Source of the DNA: a bacterium
GTDB lineage: Bacteria > UBA8248 > JACPRG01 > G963555815
Direction of reading: 5' to 3'
NCBI GenBank assembly: GCA_965218795.1
Contig: OZ244653.1
Span: 1,280,001 to 1,344,000 of the forward strand
DNA length: 64,000 nt
Every line of letters starts with the position of its first letter. Position 1 is the first letter of the stretch. Below the pieces are notes generated by a model. It ran no database searches. It saw only the letters and a list, made by a program, of their open reading frames with translations, and was not told the DNA's origin. The position numbers and the translations under genes are program-made. Positions 8,218 through 18,518 of this stretch are shown here, in pieces.

Positions 8218-11055
8218 ATGCTTGACAAGCAGTATGAGCCGCATGCCACAGAAGCGCGTTGGCTCGCCCAATGGCTGAACAGGGGGGCCTTCCACGGAGA
8301 GGACGTTTCCGATCGAGAACCTTTTTCCATCGTGATTCCTCCGCCGAACGTCACCGGCTCCCTCCATATGGGACATGCGCTCAACAATACCCTCCAAGAC
8401 ATACTGACCCGATGGAAGCGGATGGAAGGGTGCAACAGCGCCTGGATCCCGGGAACGGACCACGCTGGGATTGCAACCCAGAATGTCGTGGAACGGTCCC
8501 TGGCGGAAGAGGGATTGGACCGTCGCCGGATTGGCCGCGATGCCTTCATTGAACGTGTCTGGCAGTGGCGCCGGGAATATGGAGACCGCATCCTTCACCA
8601 ACTCCAGCGTATGGGGTGTTCCTGTGACTGGGAGCGGGAACGATTCACCATGGATGAGGGCCTCTCCCGCGCCGTTGTCGAAGCCTTCGTCGCCCTCTAC
8701 GAAGAAGGCTTGATATATAGAGGGGAACGTCTGGTGAATTGGTGCCCGCGCTGCGGCACCGCCCTCTCAGATGTGGAAGTCGAATATGAGGAAGTCGAGG
8801 GGAGGATATGGCATGTCCGATATCCCTCAGCGGACCGGCCCTCCGAGGGTCTGCTCATTGCCACCACCCGGCCGGAGACCATGCTGGGGGATACGGCTGT
8901 GGCCGTTCACCCCGAGGACGAGCGCTACCGGGATTGGGTTGGGCGAGAACTCATCGTCCCCGGCGTGGGACGAACCATCCCGGTGATTGCGGACAGTTAT
9001 GTCTCCAGAGAATTTGGAACGGGGGCGCTCAAGGTCACCCCGGCTCACGACCCGAATGATTTTGAAATAGGCGAGCGGCACCAACTCCCGCGGGTCAAGG
9101 CCCTCACGGCCGACGGACGAATCAGCGAGGACCTGCTGACGGAATCCGGCAGAGATCCGGGCCAAGACCGAGTCGCCGGACTCATCGGGCTCTCGGTCAG
9201 CGAAGCGCGGACGCGCATGGTCCAGATCCTCGATGACTCATCAGCCCTGGGAAAAGAGGAACCTCATCTGCACTCCGTGGGTCATTGCTATCGGTGCCGG
9301 ACCATCGTTGAACCCTTCCTCACGCCTCAATGGTTCGTTCGAACGCAACCCCTCGCAGAGCCGGCCATCCGGGCCGTCGAAGAGGGTCTGATCCGTATCA
9401 TCCCTGAAAGCTGGTCGAAGACGTACTTCGAATGGATGCGGAACATCCGGGATTGGTGCATCTCCCGCCAAATCTGGTGGGGCCACCAGATTCCCGCCTG
9501 GTACTGCCTCCCTTGCAACGAGGGGAATTATGTTACCGCGGGAGGGCAATCCAGCGAAAATCCATCAGACCGCAACGGGAAACAGGAATATGTCTTCCTT
9601 CCGGATGCGGTTCCGATCGTCTCCCGGGACAAACCGCGGAGTTGCCCAACATGCGGCGAAACGGACCTCGTCCGGGACCAGGACGTCCTGGACACCTGGT
9701 TCAGCTCAGGTCTTTGGCCCTTTTCCACTCTCGGCTGGCCTGACGCAACGCCAAGCCTGAAGACCTTCTATCCAACCAGTGTGCTGGTTACGGCTTTTGA
9801 CATCCTCTTTTTCTGGGTGGCCCGGATGATCATGATGGGTTTGAAATTCATGGGAAACGTTCCCTTTCGGGACGTTTACATCCACGCCCTCGTCCGGGAT
9901 GAGCAAGGCCGCAAAATGAGCAAGTCCCTGAAAAACATCATTGATCCGCTCGATATCATCGACCGGTACGGAACCGATGCCTTTCGATTCACGCTCGCCG
10001 CCCTTGCGGCCCAGGGACGTGAGATTCGTTTTCAGCAGGGCCGGATCGAGGGATACCGTAATTTCTGCAATAAGTTGTGGAATGCCGCCCGGTACTGCCT
10101 CAGCCAATTGACAGCCGACCCTGAAGCCGGAAGCGAGGGATCAAGAAAAGCCTCACGGGCGGCAGTTCTTGAAAACGCCCCCTACGTCAAACCGGCTGAT
10201 CGGTGGATACTCAGCTCGTTGACCCATACGACCGCTGCGGTTCGAGAGGCCCTTTCTCGATACCAATTCAACGAAGCCGCCCATGTTGCATATCAATTCG
10301 TCTGGCACAAATTCTGTGACTGGTATTTGGAAGAGACGAAGCCCAGGCTGGCTTCAGGGTCGCAGGAAGAGCAGCGATTCGTCCGGGCCCTTCTCATGGA
10401 GGTTCTGGATTCCGTTGTTCGGCTTCTCCACCCGGTGATGCCTTTCATCACGGAGGAGATATGGTCCAACATCCCGCATGGCTCCGACGACCCGGAACTC
10501 CTGACCCTCGCCCGTTTCCCCCAATGCGACGGGCGCTTCCTCGACGACAGAACCGAAGAGGAAATGGATCTCCTCACGGAGGCCATCGCGGGAATTCGGA
10601 ATATTTTTGGCGAGATGAATATCCGCCTGAGTAAGCCCTACCCCATGATGGTCCGGTTCCAGGACGATTTCGCGGTCCTCGGGAAAAAAATCCTTGAACA
10701 GGAACGACAATTCTTTCTTTCCGCAACCCGAGCCTCCGATTTGAGGACGGTCGAGGATGGGGACGAACGTCCGCCCATGTCGGCGGCGTCCGTTACGAGG
10801 CTGGGAGAGTTCATCGTCGACCTCGAAGGTCTTCTGGACATCGACGCAGAGCGGAAAAGGCTCTCCAAACAACTCAAGACGGCTGAGAAAGACATCGAAA
10901 AACTGCAAAAAAACCTTTCGAACCCTGAATTCAGGGAACGAGCGCCCGCGGATGTCGTGGCAGAAAATGAGGCCCGCCTGGCCGAGCTCGCCGACCGGAC
11001 GGAGCGGCTGGAAGCCCATATGACCCGCCTGAATCAGATGGCTCATCGGGAATAG
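8218..11055 (+). CDS. valS: Valyl-tRNA synthetase
   Basis: PPPNVTGSLHMGH (HIGH), DWCISRQIWWGH, KMSKS, C-terminal coiled coil. Confidence 0.99.
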   Translation: MLDKQYEPHATEARWLAQWLNRGAFHGEDVSDREPFSIVIPPPNVTGSLHMGHALNNTLQDILTRWKRMEGCNSAWIPGTDHAGIATQNVVERSLAEEGLDRRRIGRDAFIERVWQWRREYGDRILHQLQRMGCSCDWERERFTMDEGLSRAVVEAFVALYEEGLIYRGERLVNWCPRCGTALSDVEVEYEEVEGRIWHVRYPSADRPSEGLLIATTRPETMLGDTAVAVHPEDERYRDWVGRELIVPGVGRTIPVIADSYVSREFGTGALKVTPAHDPNDFEIGERHQLPRVKALTADGRISEDLLTESGRDPGQDRVAGLIGLSVSEARTRMVQILDDSSALGKEEPHLHSVGHCYRCRTIVEPFLTPQWFVRTQPLAEPAIRAVEEGLIRIIPESWSKTYFEWMRNIRDWCISRQIWWGHQIPAWYCLPCNEGNYVTAGGQSSENPSDRNGKQEYVFLPDAVPIVSRDKPRSCPTCGETDLVRDQDVLDTWFSSGLWPFSTLGWPDATPSLKTFYPTSVLVTAFDILFFWVARMIMMGLKFMGNVPFRDVYIHALVRDEQGRKMSKSLKNIIDPLDIIDRYGTDAFRFTLAALAAQGREIRFQQGRIEGYRNFCNKLWNAARYCLSQLTADPEAGSEGSRKASRAAVLENAPYVKPADRWILSSLTHTTAAVREALSRYQFNEAAHVAYQFVWHKFCDWYLEETKPRLASGSQEEQRFVRALLMEVLDSVVRLLHPVMPFITEEIWSNIPHGSDDPELLTLARFPQCDGRFLDDRTEEEMDLLTEAIAGIRNIFGEMNIRLSKPYPMMVRFQDDFAVLGKKILEQERQFFLSATRASDLRTVEDGDERPPMSAASVTRLGEFIVDLEGLLDIDAERKRLSKQLKTAEKDIEKLQKNLSNPEFRERAPADVVAENEARLAELADRTERLEAHMTRLNQMAHRE

Positions 11056-11439
11056 CCCCGGCTCCACGCCGAAATCTCATGACTTCTTCTCCCGGACGGG
11101 GTTCTACGCAAGAATTCAGATGCATGAAAGTTTTACTTGAGAAATTTCGTGCAATAATCAATAAATCATATTAGCTTTTATATCAAAAACTATTGTAATT
11201 ATGGAAGTTAAATTATCAAGAACATTGAACTTGGAAGAGTTTTCCTTCGCCAGCCTGCCGGGTGGCCGGTTTTTCTTCATGTCTGCTTCTCATCGGAACG
11301 CCATGACGCGCCCCACCTGCTTTTGCAATCAAGGGCATGGCGCGGGCGTCAATGAGGTGGTTCCCGATATCGCGGCTCTCTCCCCTCGAACGCTTCCCTC
11401 CCGCGAAAGAACCCTTCCGGCCGGGATGGAATCTCCCCC

Positions 11440-12222
11440 ATGAGCGGACTCGCCCAACAGATCCGAGACCACCGCTCCATCGGGAAGGATACCCTCCTGT
11501 TCTGCTATGAGTCCGTGGACTCAACGAACGACGAACTCTTTCGGATTTCGAGCTTCCGGGACCTTCCGAACGGGACCGCCGTCCTCGCCGAATCGCAATC
11601 CCGGGGGAAAGGCCGCGCCGGACGGGTCTGGCATTCCCCGCCGGGGCTGGGAATTTACCTCTCCGTCCTGTTCCGTTTGGAGAATCAACCTGCCCCCCTT
11701 CCTCAATTGACCCTTGCGGCAGGTGTATCGGTTTGCAAGACTCTACAGCGAACCACCGGACGGGCCCCCGAACTCAAATGGCCGAATGACGTCCGATACG
11801 GCGGATTGAAGGTCGGGGGTATCCTGACGGAAGCCCAAGCGCATAGCGGAAGCATCCATAACGTGGTCGTCGGGATTGGGGTGAACGTTTCACAGGAGCC
11901 GGAAGATTTCCCAGACGGCATCCGTCCGACTTCGACATCCATCTCTCTGGCGACCGGGCGGACTCCGGACCGTCCCGCTTTGACTGCGGGCCTTCTGGAT
12001 GATTTGGAAACCACCGTGGAACGCTGGCGCGCTGAAGGCTTTTCGTCATTGGCGGATACCTGGAAACGAAACTCTTCAACGATCGGCCGAAGAGTCCGCG
12101 TCTTGATAGAGAACCGGCCGATTGAAGGCATAGCCGCAGCCCTGACGGATGAGGGGGCGCTCATGATTGAAGCGAAGGAAGGCGAGTGGGTCGTGGATAC
12201 GGGGGAGGTCATCGAGCTTTGA
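11440..12222 (+). CDS. birA: Biotin-protein ligase without an N-terminal HTH
   Basis: DSTN, QSRGKGRAGRVWHSP, KWPND, KVGGIL and GIGVN motifs. Confidence 0.95.
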   Translation: MSGLAQQIRDHRSIGKDTLLFCYESVDSTNDELFRISSFRDLPNGTAVLAESQSRGKGRAGRVWHSPPGLGIYLSVLFRLENQPAPLPQLTLAAGVSVCKTLQRTTGRAPELKWPNDVRYGGLKVGGILTEAQAHSGSIHNVVVGIGVNVSQEPEDFPDGIRPTSTSISLATGRTPDRPALTAGLLDDLETTVERWRAEGFSSLADTWKRNSSTIGRRVRVLIENRPIEGIAAALTDEGALMIEAKEGEWVVDTGEVIEL

Positions 12223-13010
12223 AGGACAGCCTGCTGCTCGTTATCGACGTCGGCAACACGCACACCGTCGCGGGCTTGTTTCAGGGGTCCGAATTGCTCG
12301 TCCACTGGCGGGTGACCACGCTTCCGGAGCGGACTTCCGATGAGTTTGGAGTATTGCTTCGGGATTTGTTCGGCGAGCGGGGGAATCTGATGCAGCGAGT
12401 GGGCGCCGTCGCCGTCTCCTGTGTCGTTCCGCCTTTCCTGCCGGTCCTGGAAGAAGTTTCCCTCCGCTTTTTCGGCACCCGGCCGCTGGTGGTCGGACCG
12501 GGCGTGAGGACGGGCCTTTCAATCCAGGCCGACAACCCGAGAGAAGTCGGAGCAGACAGGATCGTGAACGCCGTGGCGGGAATAGAGAGATACGGGACTC
12601 CGTTGATCATTGTAGATTTCGGAACTGCCACCACCTTCGATGCCATATCCCGGGAAGGCCATTATGCGGGCGGTGCAATCGCCCCGGGAATTTTCATCTC
12701 TTTGGAGGCTCTTTTTTCGCACGCCGCCAAGCTTCCTCATGTGGAGCTCGTTCGTCCTGAGCGCGCCATCGGGCGAAACACGGTCGCCAGCATGCAATCC
12801 GGAATTCTGTTCGGATACGTTGGTCTCGTCAAAGAGATGGTGACGCGAATACGGAACGAACTGGAGGGTTCACCCCGGGTTATCGCCACGGGCGGAGGGG
12901 CTGAACTGATCGCAAAAGAGACGGAATTAATCGATAAAGTCGATCCGCTGCTTACGATTGAAGGATTGCGGCTGATCCATGAGCGTAACAGGAATCCCGC
13001 TGGACAATGA
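12219..13010 (+). CDS. coaX: Type III pantothenate kinase
   Basis: IDVGNT, GADR, VDFGTATT and IATGG motifs. TTG start overlaps the birA stop. Confidence 0.97.
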   Translation: MKDSLLLVIDVGNTHTVAGLFQGSELLVHWRVTTLPERTSDEFGVLLRDLFGERGNLMQRVGAVAVSCVVPPFLPVLEEVSLRFFGTRPLVVGPGVRTGLSIQADNPREVGADRIVNAVAGIERYGTPLIIVDFGTATTFDAISREGHYAGGAIAPGIFISLEALFSHAAKLPHVELVRPERAIGRNTVASMQSGILFGYVGLVKEMVTRIRNELEGSPRVIATGGGAELIAKETELIDKVDPLLTIEGLRLIHERNRNPAGQ

Positions 13011-13133
13011 ATTCACCCCATCCTGAAATGTAAACGAATGGGTGAATGCAGGGGGGGATTATTGCGGCTTCCGAGTCTGCGGGCCGGGGAAAGTGACGGG
13101 TCTTGTCCACATCGGTATTGTCGCCGGTTAAAT

Positions 13134-13888
13134 ATGAACGAATCTAAAAAGGCACGCGAAAAGATCTGGTTGAAGAAACTTCAAGTCAAGGCGGGCCTGG
13201 AATTCGAAGTTATTGAAGAACGGGAGTCGCCAGACTTCTTGATCCAACTTCAAAGCCACATCGTCGGCGTAGAGGTAGCCACCCTTCAACTCGACCAAAA
13301 CAGGAGGGGGCCGTTAAAAGGGTCCGTTCTTCAGGAAAAGTATGTTTTTCAACAACAGATCGTCCATCAAGCACGGAAACTCTACTTTTGTGGAAGAAAC
13401 AGACCGATCAATGCAAACATTTTCTTCATGCCCTCTGGCCGAGAGTCTCTGCAATCGGTCGGTCGCCGCGAATTGGCTCAATCCATAGTCGAAACCCTCC
13501 GCCGAATCAAATTGGAGCCTTGGGAACAACGCCTACTCGACCAGGACTCGGCTCCGGCAGTGCCGTCTCCGGTGGAGTTCATCTATGTCCGTGGTCTACC
13601 AGAAGACATCAGACCCCATGATTGGCAGGTTGTTGCTCCTGGCTGGTCCAGGAGCTTCAGCCTTGTGACGTTAAACCACTCCTGGACAAAAAGAACAGTC
13701 TAATCGGCGATTACCGGAAGACCGTGGCTGAGAACTGGCTTCTGATTGTTGCTGATGGCCGTTGGCCGCACGGGATGTTTCGTACCCCAGAGGGGAATCA
13801 CACAAAACTACCTGCCAGCGAGTTCGATCGAACATTTCTGCTCCGCGAACCTGATCGCTTTTTCGTTGAGTGGCCCGGTGGCGATTAG
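13134..13888 (+). CDS. Hypothetical PD-(D/E)XK-like nuclease, frameshifted at ~13645
   Basis: ESPDFL...VGVEVAT motif in ORF 13038..13703. It continues as VQELQPCDVKPLLDKK...WLLIVADG in ORF 13622..13888 if one G is added to TGG-TCC. Confidence 0.55.
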
Positions 13889-13907
13889 GCTTCAGTTGTA
13901 AATCGAG

Positions 13908-14024
13908 GGCGCGACCGGGAAGCGGTCGAGCTACGGGCCGCTCGCGAGCCTGCTCAACGCCGTCGGCGCAACGCTCAAGCCGAAAGTGTTCTGCGTGGGC
14001 GAGCTCGCCGATCAGGGCGCGTGA
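13908..14024 (+). pseudogene. Short relic resembling the N-terminus of a large single-chain (type ISP/IIG-like) RM enzyme
   Basis: An unlisted frame reads GATGKRSSYGPLASLLNAVGATLKPKVFCVGELADQGA* with no start codon. Family assigned from recall. Confidence 0.45.
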
Positions 14025-14035
14025 TAGGGACCAAT

Positions 14036-14851
14036 ATGAACGGCACAGATGACGAATACTTGCAGATCATGCTTGATGCGATCCGAGTCTGTGTGCACTA
14101 CAAGCCGCAATTCGGTCAAGGAGCGAAGGGCGGCGGTTTGACGCTGGAGCAGTTCCGGGACCTCTATCAGGGAGACGCCTTCTATAGCTGGTTCGGGTTG
14201 GATAACCCGATGATGTACGCGGCACACAAGGCGGCCGGAGGCATTACGAGTGTGTACCGGCAGTTCGGAATTGGGTGCGAAAAGTTGTTTCGCAGGGTAG
14301 TGAAAGATTCACTCGAATTGTCAGAAGAAGATGTGACTTGGTCGTATCAGGTCATATTGCCGAGTGGACGAAAGCGAACGCTGTATCTCGACGGGCGGGT
14401 GCCGCTTGAGAAGATCAGTGACAAAGACAAACGTGATCGTTTCCATGGGTGGATGAGCGATTCCGCAAAGATGCTGGATGTTGACCAGAAGGTATTCGAG
14501 AGCTTGACGGGCACGATTTTTGAGAGCCGGCAGGGTTACAAGAGCAAGGACTCGAAGCGGCAGAATGCCGATATCTCCAACGCTGCCACTGCATACACGA
14601 AAGGGTATTCCCCGTGCGCAGTGATCTTGTCGGGACAGATCGACAGTGATGTGCTTTTGCGTTACCGCGCCGAGAAATGGTCGGTTGTGACCGGGATTGT
14701 CGGCGCAATGGATCCGCTGATATCGACGTATGACTTCATACGGAATGTCGTTGGATATGACTTGGCGGCGTTCTTTGAGCGGAATAGCTCTACGCTTCGC
14801 GAGGAGATCGAGACCATTCTGATAACCCTTTTAGCCCCGGAGGCGATATGA
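14036..14851 (+). CDS. Putative type II restriction endonuclease
   Basis: Soluble ORF with LDG...FESRQGYKSKD (PD-(D/E)xK-like spacing). Its stop overlaps the methyltransferase start (ATGA). Function inferred from context. Confidence 0.65.
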   Translation: MNGTDDEYLQIMLDAIRVCVHYKPQFGQGAKGGGLTLEQFRDLYQGDAFYSWFGLDNPMMYAAHKAAGGITSVYRQFGIGCEKLFRRVVKDSLELSEEDVTWSYQVILPSGRKRTLYLDGRVPLEKISDKDKRDRFHGWMSDSAKMLDVDQKVFESLTGTIFESRQGYKSKDSKRQNADISNAATAYTKGYSPCAVILSGQIDSDVLLRYRAEKWSVVTGIVGAMDPLISTYDFIRNVVGYDLAAFFERNSSTLREEIETILITLLAPEAI

Positions 14852-16095
14852 GTGCAGTTGCCAGAGAAAAACTCCTCCAAAGAGCGGACTATACGCATAA
14901 ATTCAATGCAAAAACGGGGCGGCATGGCTGGCTACGGCTGACACCGGCGTACTCGGTGAAGATTGTTGAAGAGCTTATGGACCAGTACAAAGAACCGCTG
15001 CGCGTGCTGGACCCGTTTTGTGGAACGGCGACGACAGCGCTGAGTGCGGCGTATCACGGGCACGAAGGCGTGACGATGGATATCAACCCGTTCCTGGTCT
15101 GGATCGGCCAAGCGAAGACGACACAATACTGTGGTGCCTCAATAGCTTCAACACGTGAGGCATGTGCACGGGTGGTTGAGTCGGTGGAGCGGGAAACGGT
15201 TGAGCCAGTGAAAGCGCCGTCCATCCATAACATTGAAAGGTGGTGGTCGCCGGAAGCGCTAGAGTTTCTATGCATGCTGAGGGCCGGTATCGAAGCAGAG
15301 AGTGAGGACAATTCGCCGGAAAGGGCGCTTATGCTGATAGCGTTCTGTAGAACGCTGATCAAACTTTCGAACGCGGCTTTCAATCACCAATCCATGTCTT
15401 TTAAAGATGACGGGCAATTGCAGATCCCGATCGATATCAACATGAGGCACGTGTTTAGCGAAGACGTGCGGTTCGTGGTGGAGGGTGCGAGGGATAATCC
15501 GGAAGGAGTAGGACATGTGATTTTCGGTGATTCCAGGAAGCTGCCGGAGGCGGTAGACGGCCCCTTCGATCTGGTGATTACGTCTCCGCCATATGCAAAC
15601 CGGATGTCGTACATCCGTGAGCTGCGGCCGTATATGTATTGGCTCGGATTTCTGGATAACAGTCGGGACGCTGGCGAGCTGGACTGGACGGCAATCGGTG
15701 GAACATGGGGCGTAGCAACCAGCAGACTGATGGATAGGGAACGTCCAGCGGAGCCATTTAAGCACCCGCTGCTTGATGAGGCATTGGGCGGGATAGCGCA
15801 TTACGACAACAAGAGTGGGAAGATATTGGCGAATTATGTGGCAAGGTATTTCGATGACATGTGGGAGCACTTTAATTCTCTGGTTCCCGTGCTGAGCGAG
15901 GGCAGCGAGGTGCATTACATCGTGGGGAATTCCATGTTCTACGGCGTGCTCCTGTCGGTCGAGAAACTATACGCGGCGATGCTTGAGAGCTTGGGATTTG
16001 AAGGGATCGAGGGCCGCGCGATACGTAAGCGGAATTCAAAGAAAGAGTTGTTTGAGTTCGATGTTTCGGCGCGATGGACCGAGCGGAATCGGTGA
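14848..16095 (+). CDS. N4-cytosine DNA methyltransferase (motif I before motif IV, alpha order)
   Basis: VLDPFCGTATT SAM-binding motif near the N-terminus, ITSPPY catalytic motif downstream. Confidence 0.9.
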   Translation: MSAVAREKLLQRADYTHKFNAKTGRHGWLRLTPAYSVKIVEELMDQYKEPLRVLDPFCGTATTALSAAYHGHEGVTMDINPFLVWIGQAKTTQYCGASIASTREACARVVESVERETVEPVKAPSIHNIERWWSPEALEFLCMLRAGIEAESEDNSPERALMLIAFCRTLIKLSNAAFNHQSMSFKDDGQLQIPIDINMRHVFSEDVRFVVEGARDNPEGVGHVIFGDSRKLPEAVDGPFDLVITSPPYANRMSYIRELRPYMYWLGFLDNSRDAGELDWTAIGGTWGVATSRLMDRERPAEPFKHPLLDEALGGIAHYDNKSGKILANYVARYFDDMWEHFNSLVPVLSEGSEVHYIVGNSMFYGVLLSVEKLYAAMLESLGFEGIEGRAIRKRNSKKELFEFDVSARWTERNR

Positions 16096-16123
16096 AGACG
16101 ACTTACGGATGCAATAGGCTTGC

Positions 16124-16153
16124 TGTATTGAGACGGTGGTATTCACCTGACAG
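16124..16153 (-). mobile_element. Isolated IS481-like terminal sequence
   Basis: TGTATTGAGACGGT(GGT)ATTCACCTGACAG aligns with TGTACAGATAGGGTATTCCCCTGACAG at 60657, the end of the IS481 relic. Confidence 0.5.
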
Positions 16154-16311
16154 TCTGACCGTCGGCGCGCGACCGCGAGAGTCGGGCGCGCCGGTGGTGG
16201 CGGCGATGTCCGAGCAACCATCCGCCCAGGGACAGGTTCTCGCCAGACATGACGGATCCGTCCGCTTTCAGGCCGAAGGCAATCCGCGGAAATGATTTGA
16301 TATCTTCCGTA

Positions 16312-16713
16312 TCATTCCCGTTCATTCTGAAATGCATTGGGGATATGGTGGATGGCCGCGCGCCCGGAAGGGCCAAAAATGATTCCCAGGACGTCGAATC
16401 GGCAATCCACATCCTCTCCCAGCCCGGCCATATAAGCGCTTGCGAGCTCCAGCAGCTTCCGCTGTTTCCTTACGTCTACGGACAACTCGGGAGCCGCGAA
16501 ACTTCCGGACGACCGTGTCTTGACCTCGACGAAAACCAGGATGCCGCCTTTACGCGCGACCAGATCCAGCTCCCCATGCTTCGTTCGAACGTTCCGCTCG
16601 ACGATTGCGTAGCCCTTTCTCCTCAGGTAGCGAACGGCCTCGTTCTCGCCTCGCTCTCCAAGGACATGTCGTGGATTGCGGGCCGGCTCAACGGCCCTTC
16701 TCCAGAAAATCAT
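16312..16713 (-). CDS. yraN: YraN family (UPF0102) putative endonuclease
   Basis: GERGE..A..YL, GELDLV, LVFVEVKTR and RFDV motifs. Canonical position after rnhB. Confidence 0.93.
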   Translation of the reverse strand: MIFWRRAVEPARNPRHVLGERGENEAVRYLRRKGYAIVERNVRTKHGELDLVARKGGILVFVEVKTRSSGSFAAPELSVDVRKQRKLLELASAYMAGLGEDVDCRFDVLGIIFGPSGRAAIHHIPNAFQNERE

Positions 16714-17390
16714 CAGCCGACCGACTCTTTCGGGATATCGGGCGCTGAGGCGTCCCGTGGATTCTCAAGCAACAATCGCACGTCACGGACAGGACGAAAG
16801 CTTTTGCGGTGGATGGGGGTGGGTCCGAAACGGGACAGGGCCGCGAGGTGCGCCTTCGTCCCGTACCCTTTATGCCGGGCGAAGCCATACTCCGGATACA
16901 GTGAATCGTAGGCCTCCATCTGCCTGTCGCGAGACACTTTGGCGAGGATGGAAGCCGCGGCGATGGATACGCTCGTTCCGTCGCCCCGGACAATGGACTC
17001 TTGGGCGATGGCCGTCTCGGCCTGCAACGGAATAGGCTGGGAGCCGTCCACAAGAACGCAATGGGGGGAAGGAGTCAACAGAAGAACGGAACGCATCATA
17101 GCGCGAAGGGAGGCCTGGAGAATGTTGAATCGGTCGATGGCTTCCGGGTCTTCGCCTGCGACGCTCCAAGCAACAGACTTCTCAACGATGGCCTGGTACA
17201 AGGCCTCCCGCGCATCGGCCGTGAGCTTCTTGGAATCATCCAGACCGGGGATCGAGCAATCGGGAGGCAGAATCACCGAAGCCGCGACCACGGGTCCGGC
17301 GATCGGCCCCCGTCCGGCTTCGTCCACGCCGGCGACAAGAGCGTGGCCGGCGCGCCACATTTCACGCTCCCATCTCCAGCCGACGCCCAC
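16713..17390 (-). CDS. rnhB: Ribonuclease HII
   Basis: GVDEAGRGP, DSKKL, SIAAASILAKV.RD and HKGYGT motifs. Confidence 0.98.
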   Translation of the reverse strand: MGVGWRWEREMWRAGHALVAGVDEAGRGPIAGPVVAASVILPPDCSIPGLDDSKKLTADAREALYQAIVEKSVAWSVAGEDPEAIDRFNILQASLRAMMRSVLLLTPSPHCVLVDGSQPIPLQAETAIAQESIVRGDGTSVSIAAASILAKVSRDRQMEAYDSLYPEYGFARHKGYGTKAHLAALSRFGPTPIHRKSFRPVRDVRLLLENPRDASAPDIPKESVG

Positions 17391-17392
17391 TG

Positions 17393-17740
17393 TCAGCGTG
17401 CCGAGCGTTCTGCGATTCGGGACGCCTTTCCCTTGAGATTTCGGAGGTAATAAAGTTTGGCGCGACGGACCTTGCCCAAACGAATGACTTCAATCTTTTC
17501 AATCTGGGGCGTGTGAATGGGAAAAATGCGCTCGACGCCGACCCCATACGAAGTTTTTCGGACCGTGAAGGTCTCGCGGGTTCCCCCTCCCTTGCGGGCG
17601 ATAACGACGCCCTCGAAGATCTGAACCCGCTCCTTGTCCCCCTCAACGATTCGCGAGTGCACCCGGACCGTGTCTCCCGGGCGGAAGGAGGGAAGATCCA
17701 TCCGCATTTGCGACTTTTCCAGCTGATCAATCACGTTCAT
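17393..17740 (-). CDS. rplS: 50S ribosomal protein L19
   Basis: [18 protein letters not shown] and [10 protein letters not shown] motifs. Confidence 0.99.
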   Translation of the reverse strand: MNVIDQLEKSQMRMDLPSFRPGDTVRVHSRIVEGDKERVQIFEGVVIARKGGGTRETFTVRKTSYGVGVERIFPIHTPQIEKIEVIRLGKVRRAKLYYLRNLKGKASRIAERSAR

Positions 17741-18518
17741 GACGAGCCACCCTCTCCGTCAAGGAGTCCCCGCCGAATTCGACGTCGGGACTCTCCCTTC
17801 GCCATTCCGACAGCCAGATCTTCTTCTCTTCGTCCAGCGATTCCTCTTGAATCAGGTCCGGCCTTCGCAAATAGGTTCGGTAGAGCGCCTGCCGTTCCCT
17901 CCACCTCCTGATTTCCCGATGGTCCCCCGACAAGAGAACCGACGGGATCCGGCACCCCTTGAACGTGTCGGGCCGCGTGTATTGCGGGAAATCCAGCAGT
18001 CCGCTCGAGAAGGAATCTTCCTCCGCTGAATCCGAACAGCCCAAAACACCCGGAATCATTCGGGCGACCGCATCGATCATCACCATTGCGGGAAGTTCGC
18101 CGCCGGTCAACACATAATCCCCGATGGATATCTCCTCATCAACGTATAGCTCCCGGACCCTTTCGTCCACCCCTTCGTACCGGCCGCACAGCATCACAAG
18201 CCGCTCTTCTTGCGCGAATGACCGAGCGCGACGCTGGGTGAACGGTACGCCCTGCGGCGTCAGGAAGATGACCGGGGCGGGAGACCCGTCGTCCCGGACC
18301 GCTTCGATGGCCCGGCCCAAGGGTTCCGGCTTCATGACCATTCCCCCGCCGCCGCCATACGGATAATCATCCGTGGAACGGTGCGCATCGTCCGCGTACT
18401 CCCTGAGATCATGCAGGCGGACGTTCAGCAACCCGTTCTGAACGGCCCTTCCGAGGACTCCGGCCGAGAGCGGGGCCACGAACATATCCGGCAGGATGGT
18501 GATCACATCAAAGATCAT
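17727..18518 (-). CDS. trmD: tRNA (guanine37-N1)-methyltransferase
   Basis: [30 protein letters not shown] and PQYTRP motifs. Confidence 0.99.
   Translation of the reverse strand: MIFDVITILPDMFVAPLSAGVLGRAVQNGLLNVRLHDLREYADDAHRSTDDYPYGGGGGMVMKPEPLGRAIEAVRDDGSPAPVIFLTPQGVPFTQRRARSFAQEERLVMLCGRYEGVDERVRELYVDEEISIGDYVLTGGELPAMVMIDAVARMIPGVLGCSDSAEEDSFSSGLLDFPQYTRPDTFKGCRIPSVLLSGDHREIRRWRERQALYRTYLRRPDLIQEESLDEEKKIWLSEWRRESPDVEFGGDSLTERVARHERD

Noticed and set aside
11056-11439. AT-rich gap between valS and birA as a possible sRNA or replication origin
   Set aside because: No DnaA-box cluster or convincing conserved structure; compatible with an ordinary promoter region.
13011-13047. Hairpin ATTCACCCCAT...ATGGGTGAAT after coaX as a terminator or att site
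   Set aside because: Long loop, no U-tract and no second copy at the other end of the islet.
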